Source: Octopus vulgaris (taxonomy: Eukaryota). From it: DNA of 64,000 nt. Position numbers and translations under genes: made by a program. Every line of letters begins with the position of its first letter. Within the stretch, counting starts at the first letter, position 1. This document shows positions 25,381 to 38,749 of this stretch, one piece after another. Below the pieces are notes generated by a model. That model was not told where the DNA came from. It saw only the letters and a program-made list of their open reading frames with translations, and ran no database searches. The stretch spans positions 147,312,001-147,376,000 of the forward strand of contig OX597814.1 in the NCBI GenBank assembly GCA_951406725.2. Reading direction: 5' to 3'.

Positions 25381-27738
25381 AAGTGGAGCCCCGGAATAAA
25401 AGCAAAGGTTCTACCCTGGTGGTCAGGTGCCTTTCCTTCAGGAGATACATTGCATGTGGCAATGTGATATCGAACTTTAAATTTTTACTGTAATCATAAT
25501 TTTTAATCGTAATTTATCATTCATAAAAAAAAGAACTTTTTAATTGTAGCAGCTTCTTTACCATTTTAAGTTTGTCAGTCCTTGTTTGTCCGCTCCTTGT
25601 AATGCTTTTGTAGCAAATATTTATGAAATAAAGAAACTTGCTTCCCAATTACACGGTCTCGGGTTCAGTACTACTGCGGGGCACCTTAGGCACCTGTTTT
25701 CTAGTATAACTTCGAGCCGACCGAAACCTTGTGAGTGGATTTGGTAGACGAAAACTGAAGGAAGCCCGTCGTATATATAAATATGTGTATGTGTGTGTGT
25801 ATTTGTGTGTTTGTGTCTGTGTTTGGCATCCCAAATCGCCTGAAAACCGATTAGGTGCGTTTACGTCACCGTAAGCTAGGCTTTCAAAGAATAAATCCTG
25901 AAGTCTATTTGCTCAAATAAAACATATTAATGTATGCTCCAGTATGGCCGCAGACAAATGACCGAAACAGGTATATTGTACAGACTTAGCTTGTTTCATT
26001 TACTCCACTGTTTGAAATGCACCTTGAGAGGACAATGAAACGTACCCATCCGTCGCAAATAATAGTTAGAACTTCGAAGTTTGCACCTTTTTATTTTACT
26101 ATTAAAATTATACATTATAATCGTAATTCTCTTTTCGGGTTATTATAATTGCGGTAAATAGTTAGTTAATAATTAGGTGACTGACCGTGTTTTTGTTATA
26201 CAGGAGAAGCGTCAATTATTGTTTATTTTTGAACAGAATTTTATCTTTTATCTCATGAAACATACTAGTGGCTCCTTCTGCACCTGGTATGCTTTTGATT
26301 CCTATAACATACTTTGTATGTAATATGTTTTTCTTTTTATTAAGCACTTTCTCTAATACCTTAGTTAGATTGTATTCCTGATGTAATACACCAGTAACCG
26401 AATATCAGCTTTAAACTCGTGTTCGCTACATTCTGTATGTTTCTTTCAGAAGCTACGGTTTTCGTTCGGTCGTGTAGTGTTCCATTTCGAAAAGGACAGT
26501 AACAGAAATAATTTTAAAAAATAATTTGCTCTCGTCACTTCTGTAATTCTTAAAAATAATTAAATGGTACTTATATAGATTTCATAATGTTTTGGAGCAT
26601 ATGCCATAGCTTCCACAATTCCCTTCAAATAATTAACGTTGTAAATGAAGTGAAGCGATTCCCAGTGTATATTCAAATCATATCAGAATCTTGGAATGTG
26701 GCACGTTCTCATTTTCCCTCGACAGCGAACGGCTTAATACATATTCAAATATATGTTCCTTGTGACTACTTAAAATTAAAATTATTTCACTATCTATGAA
26801 GGAATAAAACAATGAATAAATGAATTGCTATTGAAATATAAATGAATTGATACCTGAAATGAGATTTTGAGAAAATGTAACTATACCAGGTTTCAATTAA
26901 CACGATTTAAAATCTAGAATGTTTAGGCTATTAGTCTTTACAATTTACGATTAGGTTAGACAAACTAAATAAACAGCTTCATCAACATCTAACAACATAT
27001 TTTAAATACCATTATGAATTATCAGTATCATTAATGAGACAAGCATACTCAGTGAAAAATAAATGGAATTTATTAGATCATCAAAAAAGTTCGCTTCTTA
27101 CATTACAGGCATGGTTACTGTCAGATTGGAAATAAATGATGAAGTAACACTGTATTGGTTAACTTGTTCTGTTGTTCGGAGAACCAGAAAATTTTAAATG
27201 AAGTTTGCAAAATCATGTCAAAATCAACGGTAAAATTGTATTACGTTTATTACCGGATAGGAGATGGTCAAACTGCAATTCATGTCGATTAAACCGAGAT
27301 ATTCAAAAAGATAATGTCGGCTGTTTATCTTTGATAAGAGAGATCCGTTGATTAAATATTCAGGAAACTATCTTCCGGCTTTGTTTCGTCAATTATAAAT
27401 TTCTCAAGTGAACCATAATAGAAAACGAAGAGTGTTTAGGATGAATCAAATTAACCGAGCAATGCACAGCCAGATAATATTTTATGTTATTAATATATGA
27501 AAAAGGATTGTAAATTTGCAGAAACGGTAATCATACCAGTAAAAATTTCATAGCATTAAGTTACGTCGCGTTATGTTCTGAAGTTCGAATTCCACACAAT
27601 TCAGTTTTGAATTTTTTTTTCTCTTTTGTCGACGAATTAATCATTGGAGTCTTTATATTTTTTTTCAATACATTCACCTATAGACTACTTTAAATGAATA
27701 TAAAATTGAATTCAGTACTTAACTAATATTTTTATTGA

Positions 27739-28242
27739 GGATTTTTTCACTTTGACCGGCAGATTTTTGAAATAATTTCTTTTTCTTCAGAAATGTAAAT
27801 AAACCTGATCTGTTTCTTAAACGAATATATATGTAATGTGTGTATCTGTGCAACAGAGAGAGAAATTAAAACTGCATATGTTGTGAACTTAGAATATGTG
27901 TTGATTAATAAAAGTTCAAGAACGATAATCTTTTATTCATACGATCGTAACTGATAAGAAATATGTCATAAATAACAGTGACAAATTGAGTAGACTGCCA
28001 GAAAATGTTGTTGACAAACAACCGCAGAAATTGTATTCACCTCAATAGACGTCATCGATTGGTTGAAATTGCCGAAATGCAAGAAATTTAACAAGAAATA
28101 GCTTACAAACTACAGAATTTTCTGAAGAAAGCCAAGAGAAAAAGATGTTTTATGTAACACATTCTACCAGTATACGAAATTTAAAAGTGTTTAATTACAA
28201 AGAAATTATTTTAAAAACCTGCTGTTCAAAGTGAAAAGATCC
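27739..28242. mobile_element. MITE with GG-initiated ~30-bp TIRs and 8-bp TSD (Merlin-like), copy 1
   Basis: ggattttttcactttgaccggcagattttt ... aaaaacctgctgttcaaagtgaaaagatcc; perfect TSD tttattga (27731-27738, 28243-28250); interior shared with 43772-44185. Confidence 0.85.
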
Positions 28243-28337
28243 TTTATTGATCCTTAAATAATTGGTTTAAGATATGTTATAAGTTTGAAGACTTCTAATA
28301 AATAAAATTGTTTAAACACTCTATATGAGGTGGTCGA

Positions 28338-28554
28338 AATATTGGTTTCAAATTTTGGCACAAGGCCAGTAAGTTTGAGATAGGAAGTAAGTCGATTACA
28401 TCAACCCCAGTGTTCAACTGGCACATATTTTATTGACTCTGAAAGGATGAAAGGCAAAGTTGACCTCGACGGAATTTAAACATAAACTCTAAAGCGGATG
28501 AAATGCCACTAAGCATTTTTCCCGCTGTGCTAACGATTCTACCAGCTCGCTGCC
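28338..28554 (-). mobile_element. SINE family A, older-tail variant
   Basis: Same head and core; tail reads ctggccttgtgccaaaatttgaaaccaatatt on the sense strand. Confidence 0.85.
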
Positions 28555-28573
28555 CTAGGATGGTTGAAATATT

Positions 28574-28956
28574 CTTTTCCAGTGTAGGCACAACGCCCGA
28601 AATTTTGGTGGAGGGAGCCAATCGATTAGATCGATCCCAGTATGCAGCTGGTACCTAATTTATCGACCCCGAAAGGATGGAAAGCAAAGTCGACCTCGGC
28701 GGAATTAGAACTCAGACCATAAAGACAGACAAAATACTTATTTCTTTACTACCCAGAAGGGGCTAAAAGCAGAGAGGATAAACAAGGACAGACAAACGGA
28801 TTAAGTCGATTATATCGACCCCAGTGCGTAACTGGTACGTATTTAATCGACCCCGAAAGGATGAAAGGCAAAGTCGACCTCGACGGAATTGAACTCAGAA
28901 CGTAGCGGCCGACGAAATACCGGTAAGCGTGCTAACGTTTCTGCCATCTGGCCGCC
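28574..28956 (-). mobile_element. SINE family A dimer (young-tail unit then old-tail unit) with 15-bp TSD
   Basis: TSD gatggttgaaatatt (28559-28573) / gatggctgaaatatt (28960-28974); two cores. Confidence 0.88.
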
Positions 28957-29339
28957 TTAGATGGCTGAAATATTAGTCGGAAGGTTGCAAAGCCAAAAGT
29001 ACCTTTAGTGTCGATTTGAACTCAAAAAGCAAAAGAACCGTAAATGAAGAGTGCGTTTATTTTATGCCTACACTTTCTACCAATAGATTTCGAATTAGAT
29101 ATTGATTTCAAATTTTGAGAAAAGACCAACAATACCCAGTCCAGGAATCAAAGCCACAATCATACAATCATGACTTCAGTACCCTCACCACTAATACGCT
29201 TCCAATTTACAGAGCTAAATTTTGGTCCCAAATTTTAGGACTCATCGATTACATCGACCCCAGCGAACGAAGGCATTTTGCCCGAAAGCTAACGATTCCG
29301 ACAGCTTGCCATCTCCTCGCATTGCAGGAACACTAGAAG

Positions 29340-29463
29340 TGGACTACAACAATGCGAAATAAATTGCTTTGCTCAATGACAAAATGCATCGCCCGGTCCA
29401 AGAATCGAAAGATCAATCTTACGATCGTGTGTCCAATATCTGAATCACTAAGCCACACTCCTC
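29340..29463 (-). mobile_element. SINE family D fragment
   Basis: cgcccggtccaagaatcgaaagatcaatcttacgatcgtg...cactaagccac matches the 20.5-20.6 kb copy. Confidence 0.7.
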
Positions 29464-30825
29464 TGCATTACAGTATCAAATATTGCGTTAAATATATATT
29501 TTAGCTCTTGGTAATGAAACGAATAATTGATTATTCTGCTCAGAAAACCTAGAAATACGATAAGTGATAATAGTCTTTTTGTCCATGAGTTGATAGAGTT
29601 GGATATGAACGTATCAACCTTATCATCTATATGAAGAAGTATTTGTCAGTATATACTTTACTTATAGCCACACCTGGCTGTATGCGTATTTTTCTCTGAA
29701 AGTTCCACACTTCCTTGCCTCTTATCGGTATAGCGATGCGATCGTAGCCTTTATAATTAACATCTACCATTACCATTTTCGTATTAACTGATTTTTCCAT
29801 TCACTTGTTTTATTATATTTTGATGTGAGTAATATATACACAAATACTCAAATAGTTACACATATTTGTGTATGCAAGTGTTTATTTAGCTATGTTTATA
29901 TGTATATGCATAATGTATGTGTGTATTTTAATACAGTTTTGCTGTTTGTTAACTTTACTTATCAATGTTTTATGCTATAAATATAGAGCATCTGGCACTG
30001 CGTATTCAAACAAACATTCTGGAAAGGTAATTGAATTTCAAGTTTCAGGGTCCAGACACATTAATGATACGGCAATCCTGAATATCTTTAGAAACGTTTA
30101 TATTTACAAAACTTTGTTCCGCTTCTAGTTTTGATGTGAAACACGTATATATCTAAATAATATTGTTACGCTTGTCACTTTTGACAACGTTATACATTGA
30201 TATGGATCTACTATCGCTTCTATCGCCATAACAATATCTCAACGATATTTCTGTCTTCATCATCAGTGAGATGTTGCGTAAACGGAAATAGAGTTTTCAT
30301 AACGATGTCAAATCATATTGATATCTACATAACGGTATCTTAGTCTTTATTACCATTTCTCCACCGGTCACCACCAGTCATATTTCTATTAATACGATTT
30401 GATTTTTCAGTGAGCGAAATGTTATCGAAGTCATGATAAAGTTCCACTTGTTTTAATCAGAAGGAACTGAATTCTTATACTTTATTACTGATTGATTATT
30501 TCTGCTGATTTAAGCATAATCCAAAATATATTAGAAGCATAAAAGTTACACTTCGTCAAGTACCGAAGAATTTAGAGAACGAATTGAATCTGTAAACCTA
30601 GCGTAGAAAACTGGTTAAAAGTATTTCCATTGACTGAAAGTTTTGATGGTCTGTACTTATTCTTTCCCTTCTCGAGAAAGATAGAAGTAATTGGCTTCTA
30701 TTGATATCAAACATATTCTAAGTAAATGTGTCATGATAGCTACTATTGCACTTATTAAACGCATAAATGCATCAAGTAGGCCAGTTTTAAACTGATGCAT
30801 TGTCAATATTATTGACAGGTTTCAA

Positions 30826-31468
30826 GGCGGCGAGGTGACAGAATCTTTAGTACGTTGGACAAAATACTTAATGACATTTCGACAGTCTTCATGTTCTAAG
30901 TTATCAATTCCGCCTAGGTCGACTTTGCGTTTCAGCCTTCCGCTGTCGATAAAACACTGGGGTTAATGAAATTGATTTATTCCAAAATTGCTGGCATTGT
31001 GTCCAAATTTAAAAGCTTTGTTATTGAAGGTTTGAAGGCGGAAAGATGTCAGAATCGTTAGTATGTCGGGCAAAATGCTTAGTGGCATTTCAACCGTCTT
31101 TCTAAGTTCAAATTCCGCCATGGTCGACTTCGTTTTTCATCCTTTCGCAATCGATAAATAAGTATCAGTCGATCTCTGGGGTCGATGTAATCGACTTACT
31201 CTCCCTCAAAATTGCTAGCCTTGTGCCGCAATTTGAAACCAATATTATGGACATGTTTAACGCGGAGGGGTGGCAAAATTGTTTGATAACCAGGGAAAAT
31301 GCTTAGCGTCATTTCGTCAGTTTTACGTTCTGAGTTCAAATTCCGCCGAGGTTGGCTTCGCCTTTGATTGTTTCAGGGTCGACAAAATAAGTACCAGTTG
31401 AACACTAGGGTCGGTATAATCAACTCAGCCAACAGAACATCGCTGGTCTTGTGCCCAAATTTGAAACC
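30826..31468 (+). mobile_element. Head-to-tail array of three old-tail SINE family A units
   Basis: Heads at ~30826, ~31037 and ~31261; each has the core and a ctggc..tgtg.ccaaatttgaaacc-like tail. Confidence 0.85.
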
Positions 31469-32781
31469 TATGTTTCTTGATATTTCACTTTATCTAAGAC
31501 TGGTATTAAAAAAGAAAAGTAACGGAAAGCCTTCCAATCAAGTGAATGCAATTATGAGATAGCATTGCAAAAAGGAGCAATATGTATAACCAAATACGAT
31601 ATATAAGAAAGGGTAGCTTGTGATTTCGAATACTACTTGAATGAATTCCACTTGTTTTTTGTGCATGATTAGAGTCCTTGAGACCATATGAATGCTTCCA
31701 AATTTTTCCATGGTCCTTAAAATTTTTACAAGCTACAATATTAAGTACTTTACACATGCATCGACTCCCAAGAGAGAGGATAAATAAAACATATCTTACT
31801 TACAATCAAAAAGCGAAATGGACTTTATTATAACATAGCTTATGAGTTCAAAATCTGCGGCATGTGTTTCCTGTGATTTTTGTTACTACTCCTACTGCTG
31901 CTATTAAGCCAAGTCCTGGTAGACGAAGCAGACTATGATCCAAAGAGTTTAAACAATGGCAATCCTGCAATATCAGATATGATATATCTAAGACTACAAA
32001 ATTCAATGGGAGCTTTTTTATTGTTGCCTTAGTGTGTGCGTGTTGCGATATTAGAACGAATAAGTTGCTAATTCGACTCAATCAGTCTCGACGAGGCTCT
32101 GTTATTGGCTCTCATCTGTCTCATCCTGTTTGTAATCAAAACATTATTCCACATTGACTTACTTTAGCTAACTACCGTAGTCTTTGTTATACACAAAAAC
32201 AAAATTATAATTCAAATGAAAAAAAAACTGATCTTTGACGTAGATTTATGCCCACCACTGAAGGTCAAGCAATTAACTTTCTTTATCATACAGGAGACCG
32301 CAATAAATTACCCCTTACTTTCCGCACATGTTTCCACTAGAATTACTATAAATAAATATAATATTCGTAATTATATAACTATATTCGGAATAATCAATGG
32401 ATTGATATGCGGATATACTTGTATATAATTTGGCAATTAGATTTATGTTCGAGCCTGGTGTGGATAATTTACGACAATTTAAGTAAATTCGGAACACTCA
32501 TTCATTTCAAAAATATGGATTTCTACTTAAGCTGACATTTCTAAAATGGCAACAAGTACCTTCACTTCAAGTCAGTTCATCGGTAAAAGGTGAGAAATTG
32601 ACTAAAAGAACGCGCAAGCGTAACACAGCAAAGTACACAAACGCATGTATGCATATACTCACAAATATATACATGCACATATATATGTACGTACACACGC
32701 GCTACACATATGTGTGAGTATATGTATACATGCATACAGTTACATACGTACATATATACATACATACATACATACATACAT

Positions 32782-32822
<41 letters not shown>

Positions 32823-33411
32823 TAGATAGAATAAGTGGGAGTTTTGGAAAGCAGGATCTTTGAAAGTATTATAGTTATATTTTTACCCCGCTAATTTTAG
32901 AAGCCTTCTTAATGATCTCTTTTGGACTCTATTCAAGTTTTCTAATACTCCGAAGTTTCTTATTGAACAAATATCTAGGAAACGCACACGTTCCTGTTTA
33001 CACACACACACGTATACGTTTGCATTCACGCTCATACATGTCATCCTACAACTACACGCTTGCACACGTACATAAGCGCAGACAGACACTCATAGATACA
33101 GAGTGGCAGATAACTGAAATCAATGCTGAATGTAGCTTAATCATTCTAGTGAAGGTTATACAATTTTTGACACATGATCCTAACAATCTTCTGATGCAGA
33201 TTACGGAGAAAAAAAATGCAGTTTATCAATATTTTCTTTTTTTTTATTAATAGATGCGATTGCTGTATATTTGGATCGTTTCAATTCCTCTAGGATGTTA
33301 TATTGAAACAGAGTATTGCAAATCACATTCCGCATTGCTCGTGACTGGAATCTCTCTATCTCTGTGTTTATATCTGCCTGTCTCTTTCTCTCTCCTTCTC
33401 TCTATCTCTTT

Positions 33412-33603
<192 letters not shown>

Positions 33604-34189
33604 TCACATATGTGTGTGTTTGTTTATGTATATAAAAGTAGTATACGATATTATATGAATCGGATTCCCTTCAACTTTAAATTCTCAATGTTTTAGACTA
33701 TAAATAAAGAGCATTTGGCATTGTGTAACCAAACAAATATTCTGTAGAAATAATTGCTTTTCTGGTTTAATAGAACAGACAGATTAATGATACAGTAATC
33801 ATTAATTTTACAAACTTATAAAGTCTTGAAGAGCAAGTTGTTCGAACAGGTTTGAATTACATTCATGATAAGCTACATCATTTGTTTGGTTAATGATGTT
33901 AGAAATGTATTTAAGATTGCAATTTCTAATACTCTTAATGATATGGAACGCTGCATCATTCATTAGAGCAAATCTGAATCAAAGTGCACGCGGCTACTGA
34001 TGACGTATCAAATCCTTCTAGGTCATGGTTTCGAGACATCAGTTAATTTGAATACCAGCAAGATTAGTTTGATCAAAACTGTTTATGCCATTGAGATGTA
34101 AATGACTGTGTACAGCGAATGAAGAGTAAGAAGCCTAAAGGTGAGCAGTGTGCCTTCTGTGATCATTATAGTAGTATGACTAAAGTAAA

Positions 34190-34602
34190 GGCAGCGAGCT
34201 GGCAGAAACGTTAGCACGCCGGGCGAAATGCTTACCGGTATTTCGTCTGCTGCTACGTTCTGAGTTCAATTTCCGCCGAGGTCGACTTTGCCTTTCATCC
34301 TTTCGGGGTCGATTAAATAGGTACCAGTTACGCACTGGGGTCGATATAATCAACTTAATCCGTTTGTCTGTCCTTGTTTGTCATCTCTGTGTTTAGCCCT
34401 TTGTGGGTAGTAAAGAAATAGGAAATTCGTCTGTTTTACGGTCTGAGTTCTAATTCCGCCGAGGTCGACTTTGCCTTTCATCCTTTCGGGGTCGATAAAT
34501 TAAGTATCAGTTACGCACTGGGGCCGATGTAATCTACTTAATCCCTTTGTCTGTCCTTGTTTGTCTCTTCTATGTTTAGTCCGTTGTGGGTAATAAAGAA
34601 AT
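34190..34602 (+). mobile_element. SINE family A dimer with perfect 20-bp TSD
   Basis: TSD tatagtagtatgactaaagt at 34167-34186 and 34606-34625; the second unit begins after aaagaaata. Confidence 0.93.
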
Positions 34603-34674
34603 CAGTATAGTAGTATGACTAAAGTTTCTCCAAATACATTCAATTTAACCTGACAGTCTGTATCAAAACTCGAT

Positions 34675-34828
34675 TGTTGTTGATGTTTCTGCTGTTGTTT
34701 CTTCTTCTGTTGTTGCTGTTGTTGCTGCTGTTGTTACTGCTGCTGCTTTCTTCTTCTTCTTCTTCTTCTTCTTCTTCTTCTTCTTCTTCTTCTTCTTCTT
34801 CTTCTTCTTCTTCTTCTTCTTCTTCTTC
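34675..34828. repeat. (GTT/GCT)n and (TTC)n microsatellite
   Basis: Direct reading. Confidence 0.95.
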
Positions 34829-36060
34829 CAATCAGGACTCACGCCATCAGCCACACAGAATAATCTCTAATTCGAGCCTACTCTAAGCTACTAAGTATGC
34901 GTGCGGCGACTTGAAGATCCACCCAGCACACGCGATAGACTGGCGGTTGCACGGGCGCGAAAGCTACGTTGTTATCCTCATTCCGTAAACGGTGGCTTTT
35001 AACGGGTGGACACCTGAACCATCATGAAGTACAGAGGATTCGCAATCTAGACTAGGGCCTGAAAGTTTATCACACCATAGAGGGTTACACCATGGTTCCT
35101 CTGCTTTATGGCAGAAGTTGGAAGAAAGAGTGAGAGAAAGTTGTGGTGAAAGAGTACAGCAGGGTTCACCCCACCCCCCACCCGCCGAAGCCTCGTGCTG
35201 CTGCTGTTGTTTTTATTTACATTGTCTTTGTCTTTTTGATACAGTTAAACAAAAGTCGTTCCTGCTAAAATGTATTCCGCCCATTTTTATATCGGAGATC
35301 TAGATTATCTATGTATTTATTTTTTTTGTGTGTTGTTGAAGTGATAAAGTTTCAGGAAGATTTGCTTTCAAAATTTGTAAAAAGTTTAGTAACCACATAA
35401 TCGATGAACTCGAGTCCATCACACAGTTGATGTGTATGCATCGGGTTATATGAAGGCTAAGGCTGTGATAACATCGTGATTAAATAACTTTGCAATGCTG
35501 AGTTCATTCTGTGTTGTATGATCAACTAATGGTCAACATATTTCAGGATTTCAAGAGCGCAGAATTTGATCCCTGAATATTTTTTATGGATTTGCATTAC
35601 CGTAGTATATAGAATATACATGAACCCTGCAGCTGTTCAATAATCAACAAAGTCAACATAGAAGAACGCTGAATCCGTTTAGTGTATAATATAACGAAGA
35701 GCGTAACTTTGCCTCTCGCAGACACTGAAGAAAGACGAAAAAGTGGCGTGATGTTATTGTAACTCAAAGGAAAACGGCGCTACTTTCAAGTTTCCTGCCA
35801 CTCAGACATAGCATGAGGCACATATTTCAGATGTTGTAAAAATCAGGGGTAAAAAATATTTCAAACTCTGGTTATAGTTATTAAGGAACGTCACCATTTT
35901 CGTCAATTTCCGGTGTTACATATACGTCGATATTTTATTTTAAACGTGGTATTTCTCATGCATCCTTTGGGACACAGAAACACATATCTGCACATTCACA
36001 ATATTTACAGATAATCATTCATTTATACAACACACACACACACATATATATATATTTATA

Positions 36061-36093
<33 letters not shown>

Positions 36094-36135
36094 TTCGGAA
36101 TATATATAGCCAATAAAAACACGATATATTTGGTG

Positions 36136-36188
<53 letters not shown>

Positions 36189-36204
36189 CAACAAATATTT
36201 AAAC

Positions 36205-36254
<50 letters not shown>

Positions 36255-36788
36255 TTAAATAAATACAAAGACACACACACACACACACGCACGCACACAT
36301 ATATATAACTGAATAGCATACATATATCTGAATGCACACAAATATATACACAAAAGCACTAGTAGTAAATAGCGTCACACAAATTGTAACTACATGCATA
36401 CATATATGCGTAGATATTATATACATAGACATATAGTTTTACTTATAAATGTACATAAGTATGGAAAATGGTACACACACACATACAGACATATGTATAT
36501 TTATATATAAATGTATATTAGTACATACATGCATGCTTACATATGCACATATTTTTAATCGCCTGTGGTGCCTCTTTTAGAAGATATAATTGAGAATTAT
36601 AAGAAACTAGATGTGTTGAGAACAAAGTTCCTGCAAAAACTATATTAGTATTACATATTGGATAAAATAGAAATGGAATTCTTTGATGTCATTTCATCTT
36701 CTGATGTGATTTATTGAATTTCACTGTTCACAGAAGACATTTATTTATTTGTTGTTGCCGATTATTGTTGTTGTTATTGTTGTTGTTG

Positions 36789-36845
<57 letters not shown>

Positions 36846-36879
36846 TATCTTATCATCATCATCATCATCATCATCATCA

Positions 36880-37640
36880 TCTGGAATTTTGCCAGGCACC
36901 CTCAGCTCTCTAACTTGTAAACTGCTGAGCCATGCTTTCGGGGAAAGTTACCCCCACTCGCCTTGTATTGATGCTTATCAGAAGACATCAGTGGTGATGG
37001 TCTATGTGCGATTCTAGATACCGAGACGTACAGTCATTTCTTCCCAAAATCTTCCATGCGAGATATTATTGACAATTTCCAAAATTCATTAGTCTGCATA
37101 TGCGATACTGAAACGTTGCTAGTTCGAAATATATTCTAGCAGCCTGCTCATATTGTAATTGCTACTAACCGCACCTACAAGAGCTACGTGCAGGAAGATG
37201 AATCCTTCGAGTACGTACTCCTTCAGTGCCTTTACATTGCTAATTCTTTAATTGAAGTTGCACACATGATCAGGGTGATGCGGTTTTCAGCCAAATCTAT
37301 TGTGGATTCCCAACAGCCGCCTTCCCTTGGCACGAACTGAGAACAGTTGCATTTGATGTATTATGATAAAGCGGGTTGAGTGCAGGGCGCCCCAAATCAC
37401 CTTGTATGGCTGTCTTCTTGTCTTTCTGGGACCTTTCTACGTTATTTTTCTATAGATATATTTTCTTTATAAAAGTTTCTCTCATCGATTTTTAACGCAT
37501 TATTCAATATAAATCTTCCTTTGTTTCATATTAGTTGTTTTCACTTCTATTTCACTTTAGTCTTCAGGTGCAAACTCTTCGTTACCAGTCAGGTTATATT
37601 ATGGCTAGCGCAAGCCCCACTTTTGTAATGTATATAGGAC
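36880..37640 (+). mobile_element. Possible degraded L1/Tx1 ORF2 C-terminal (Cys-rich) fragment
   Basis: QEDESFEYVLLQC near 37190-37230 resembles E-E-T-x-x-H-x-L-x-x-C; otherwise heavily decayed. Confidence 0.4.
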
Positions 37641-38377
37641 TAGTATTGTACACAAACGATGATCTCTTCGAGGTTATTCTTGGTGTCGAGGAAGAGGAAG
37701 TCACTGTTCTTGAAGACACTGGAGTTAGAGACCACTATGCATAATCGCAAATACTACTTAGCTTAGCAATGCTACTAGGGTTTACTACCAGTTTAAAGGA
37801 ATGTAAAATTGAAAGTGAATGAATATGGCAAAAGAAATACGACATGAATGGAACAAACTGTTTTAAAACTTTTCGACGAAGCAGGTGCTGAATGTTGTTT
37901 AGTTAACTTTACTTTTTATTTTTCGATAACATAAAATACCAATAAGTACGCTGGTCGATACAATCGAGATATTCCTCTCAAAACTACTGACCTTAGGTGG
38001 AAATTACAGTTACAATTATTATCATTATTATTATAACAATATGGATATGAGCTGGAAGAATCGTTAGCAAGCCTGCAAAATCCTTAACGTACGTGTACGT
38101 GTGTGTGTTTGTGCGTGTGTGTGCGTCCAGTTTGTGCGCGCGTTCTTGTGTGTGTATGTGTGTGTAGTGTTTGTATGCATATGTACGCACATCGAAAAAC
38201 ACACACACAAACGAACACAAATACAATCACACACACTCGCATATATATTATCGTTTAGTAGACTGATATCTTGATTAGAAATCACCCCTTTTCTCGTACT
38301 TGGTTCACTTCATTTTCGGCTGGTTGCGGGCAAATGTTTCTACACTTAAAAGGATTTTATCCTTTATATATACTGTT

Positions 38378-38749
38378 CTGTATTTACGTGTTGAAAAAAA
38401 TTACCTCTATACTTGTTCTACCATATATTTCAACGTTTCAAAACCAAACTTGTTTGTTTACATATGATGTAATGTATATATATATATATATATCCTCTGT
38501 AGTAGCTTGTAACAGTAACACTGTTTCTATACAAGACCCAAATATTCTGAGTTACCGTGTTCTGAGTTACTGTATTTGCGTGTTGAAAACAATTATCTCT
38601 ATACTTGTTCTACCATATATTTCAACGCTTCAAAACCAAACTTGTTTGTTTACACATGATGTAATGTATATATATATATATATCCTCTGTAGTAGCTTGT
38701 AACAGTAACCTGTTTCTATACAAGGCCCAAATATTCTGAGTTACCGTGT
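38378..38749. repeat. ~185-bp direct tandem duplication
   Basis: ctgtattt.cgtgttgaaaa...aatattctgagttaccgtgtt at 38378-38560 and 38570-38749. Confidence 0.92.

Larger units (their letters stand above)
22585..25630 (+). mobile_element. Tx1/L1-like non-LTR retrotransposon with both ends, most of RT deleted, 14-bp TSD
   Basis: TSD aagaagcttgcttc (22571-22584) / aagaaacttgcttc (25631-25644). Contains 5'UTR, broken ORF1, APE-type ORF2 and a 3' end. Confidence 0.88.
22550..25972 (+). mobile_element. SINE family B (tRNA head, CORE-like ggcaccttgggcaagtg region) split by a LINE insertion
   Basis: Head gtgactgtgtggtaagaagcttgcttc (to 22584) resumes at 25645 (ccaattacacggtctcgggttcagt...) and follows the intact copy at 46047-46452. 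Confidence 0.85.

Noticed and set aside
34020-34045. Minus-strand ctgatgtctcgaaaccatga hammerhead look-alike
   Set aside because: Lacks CUGANGA and a stem II.
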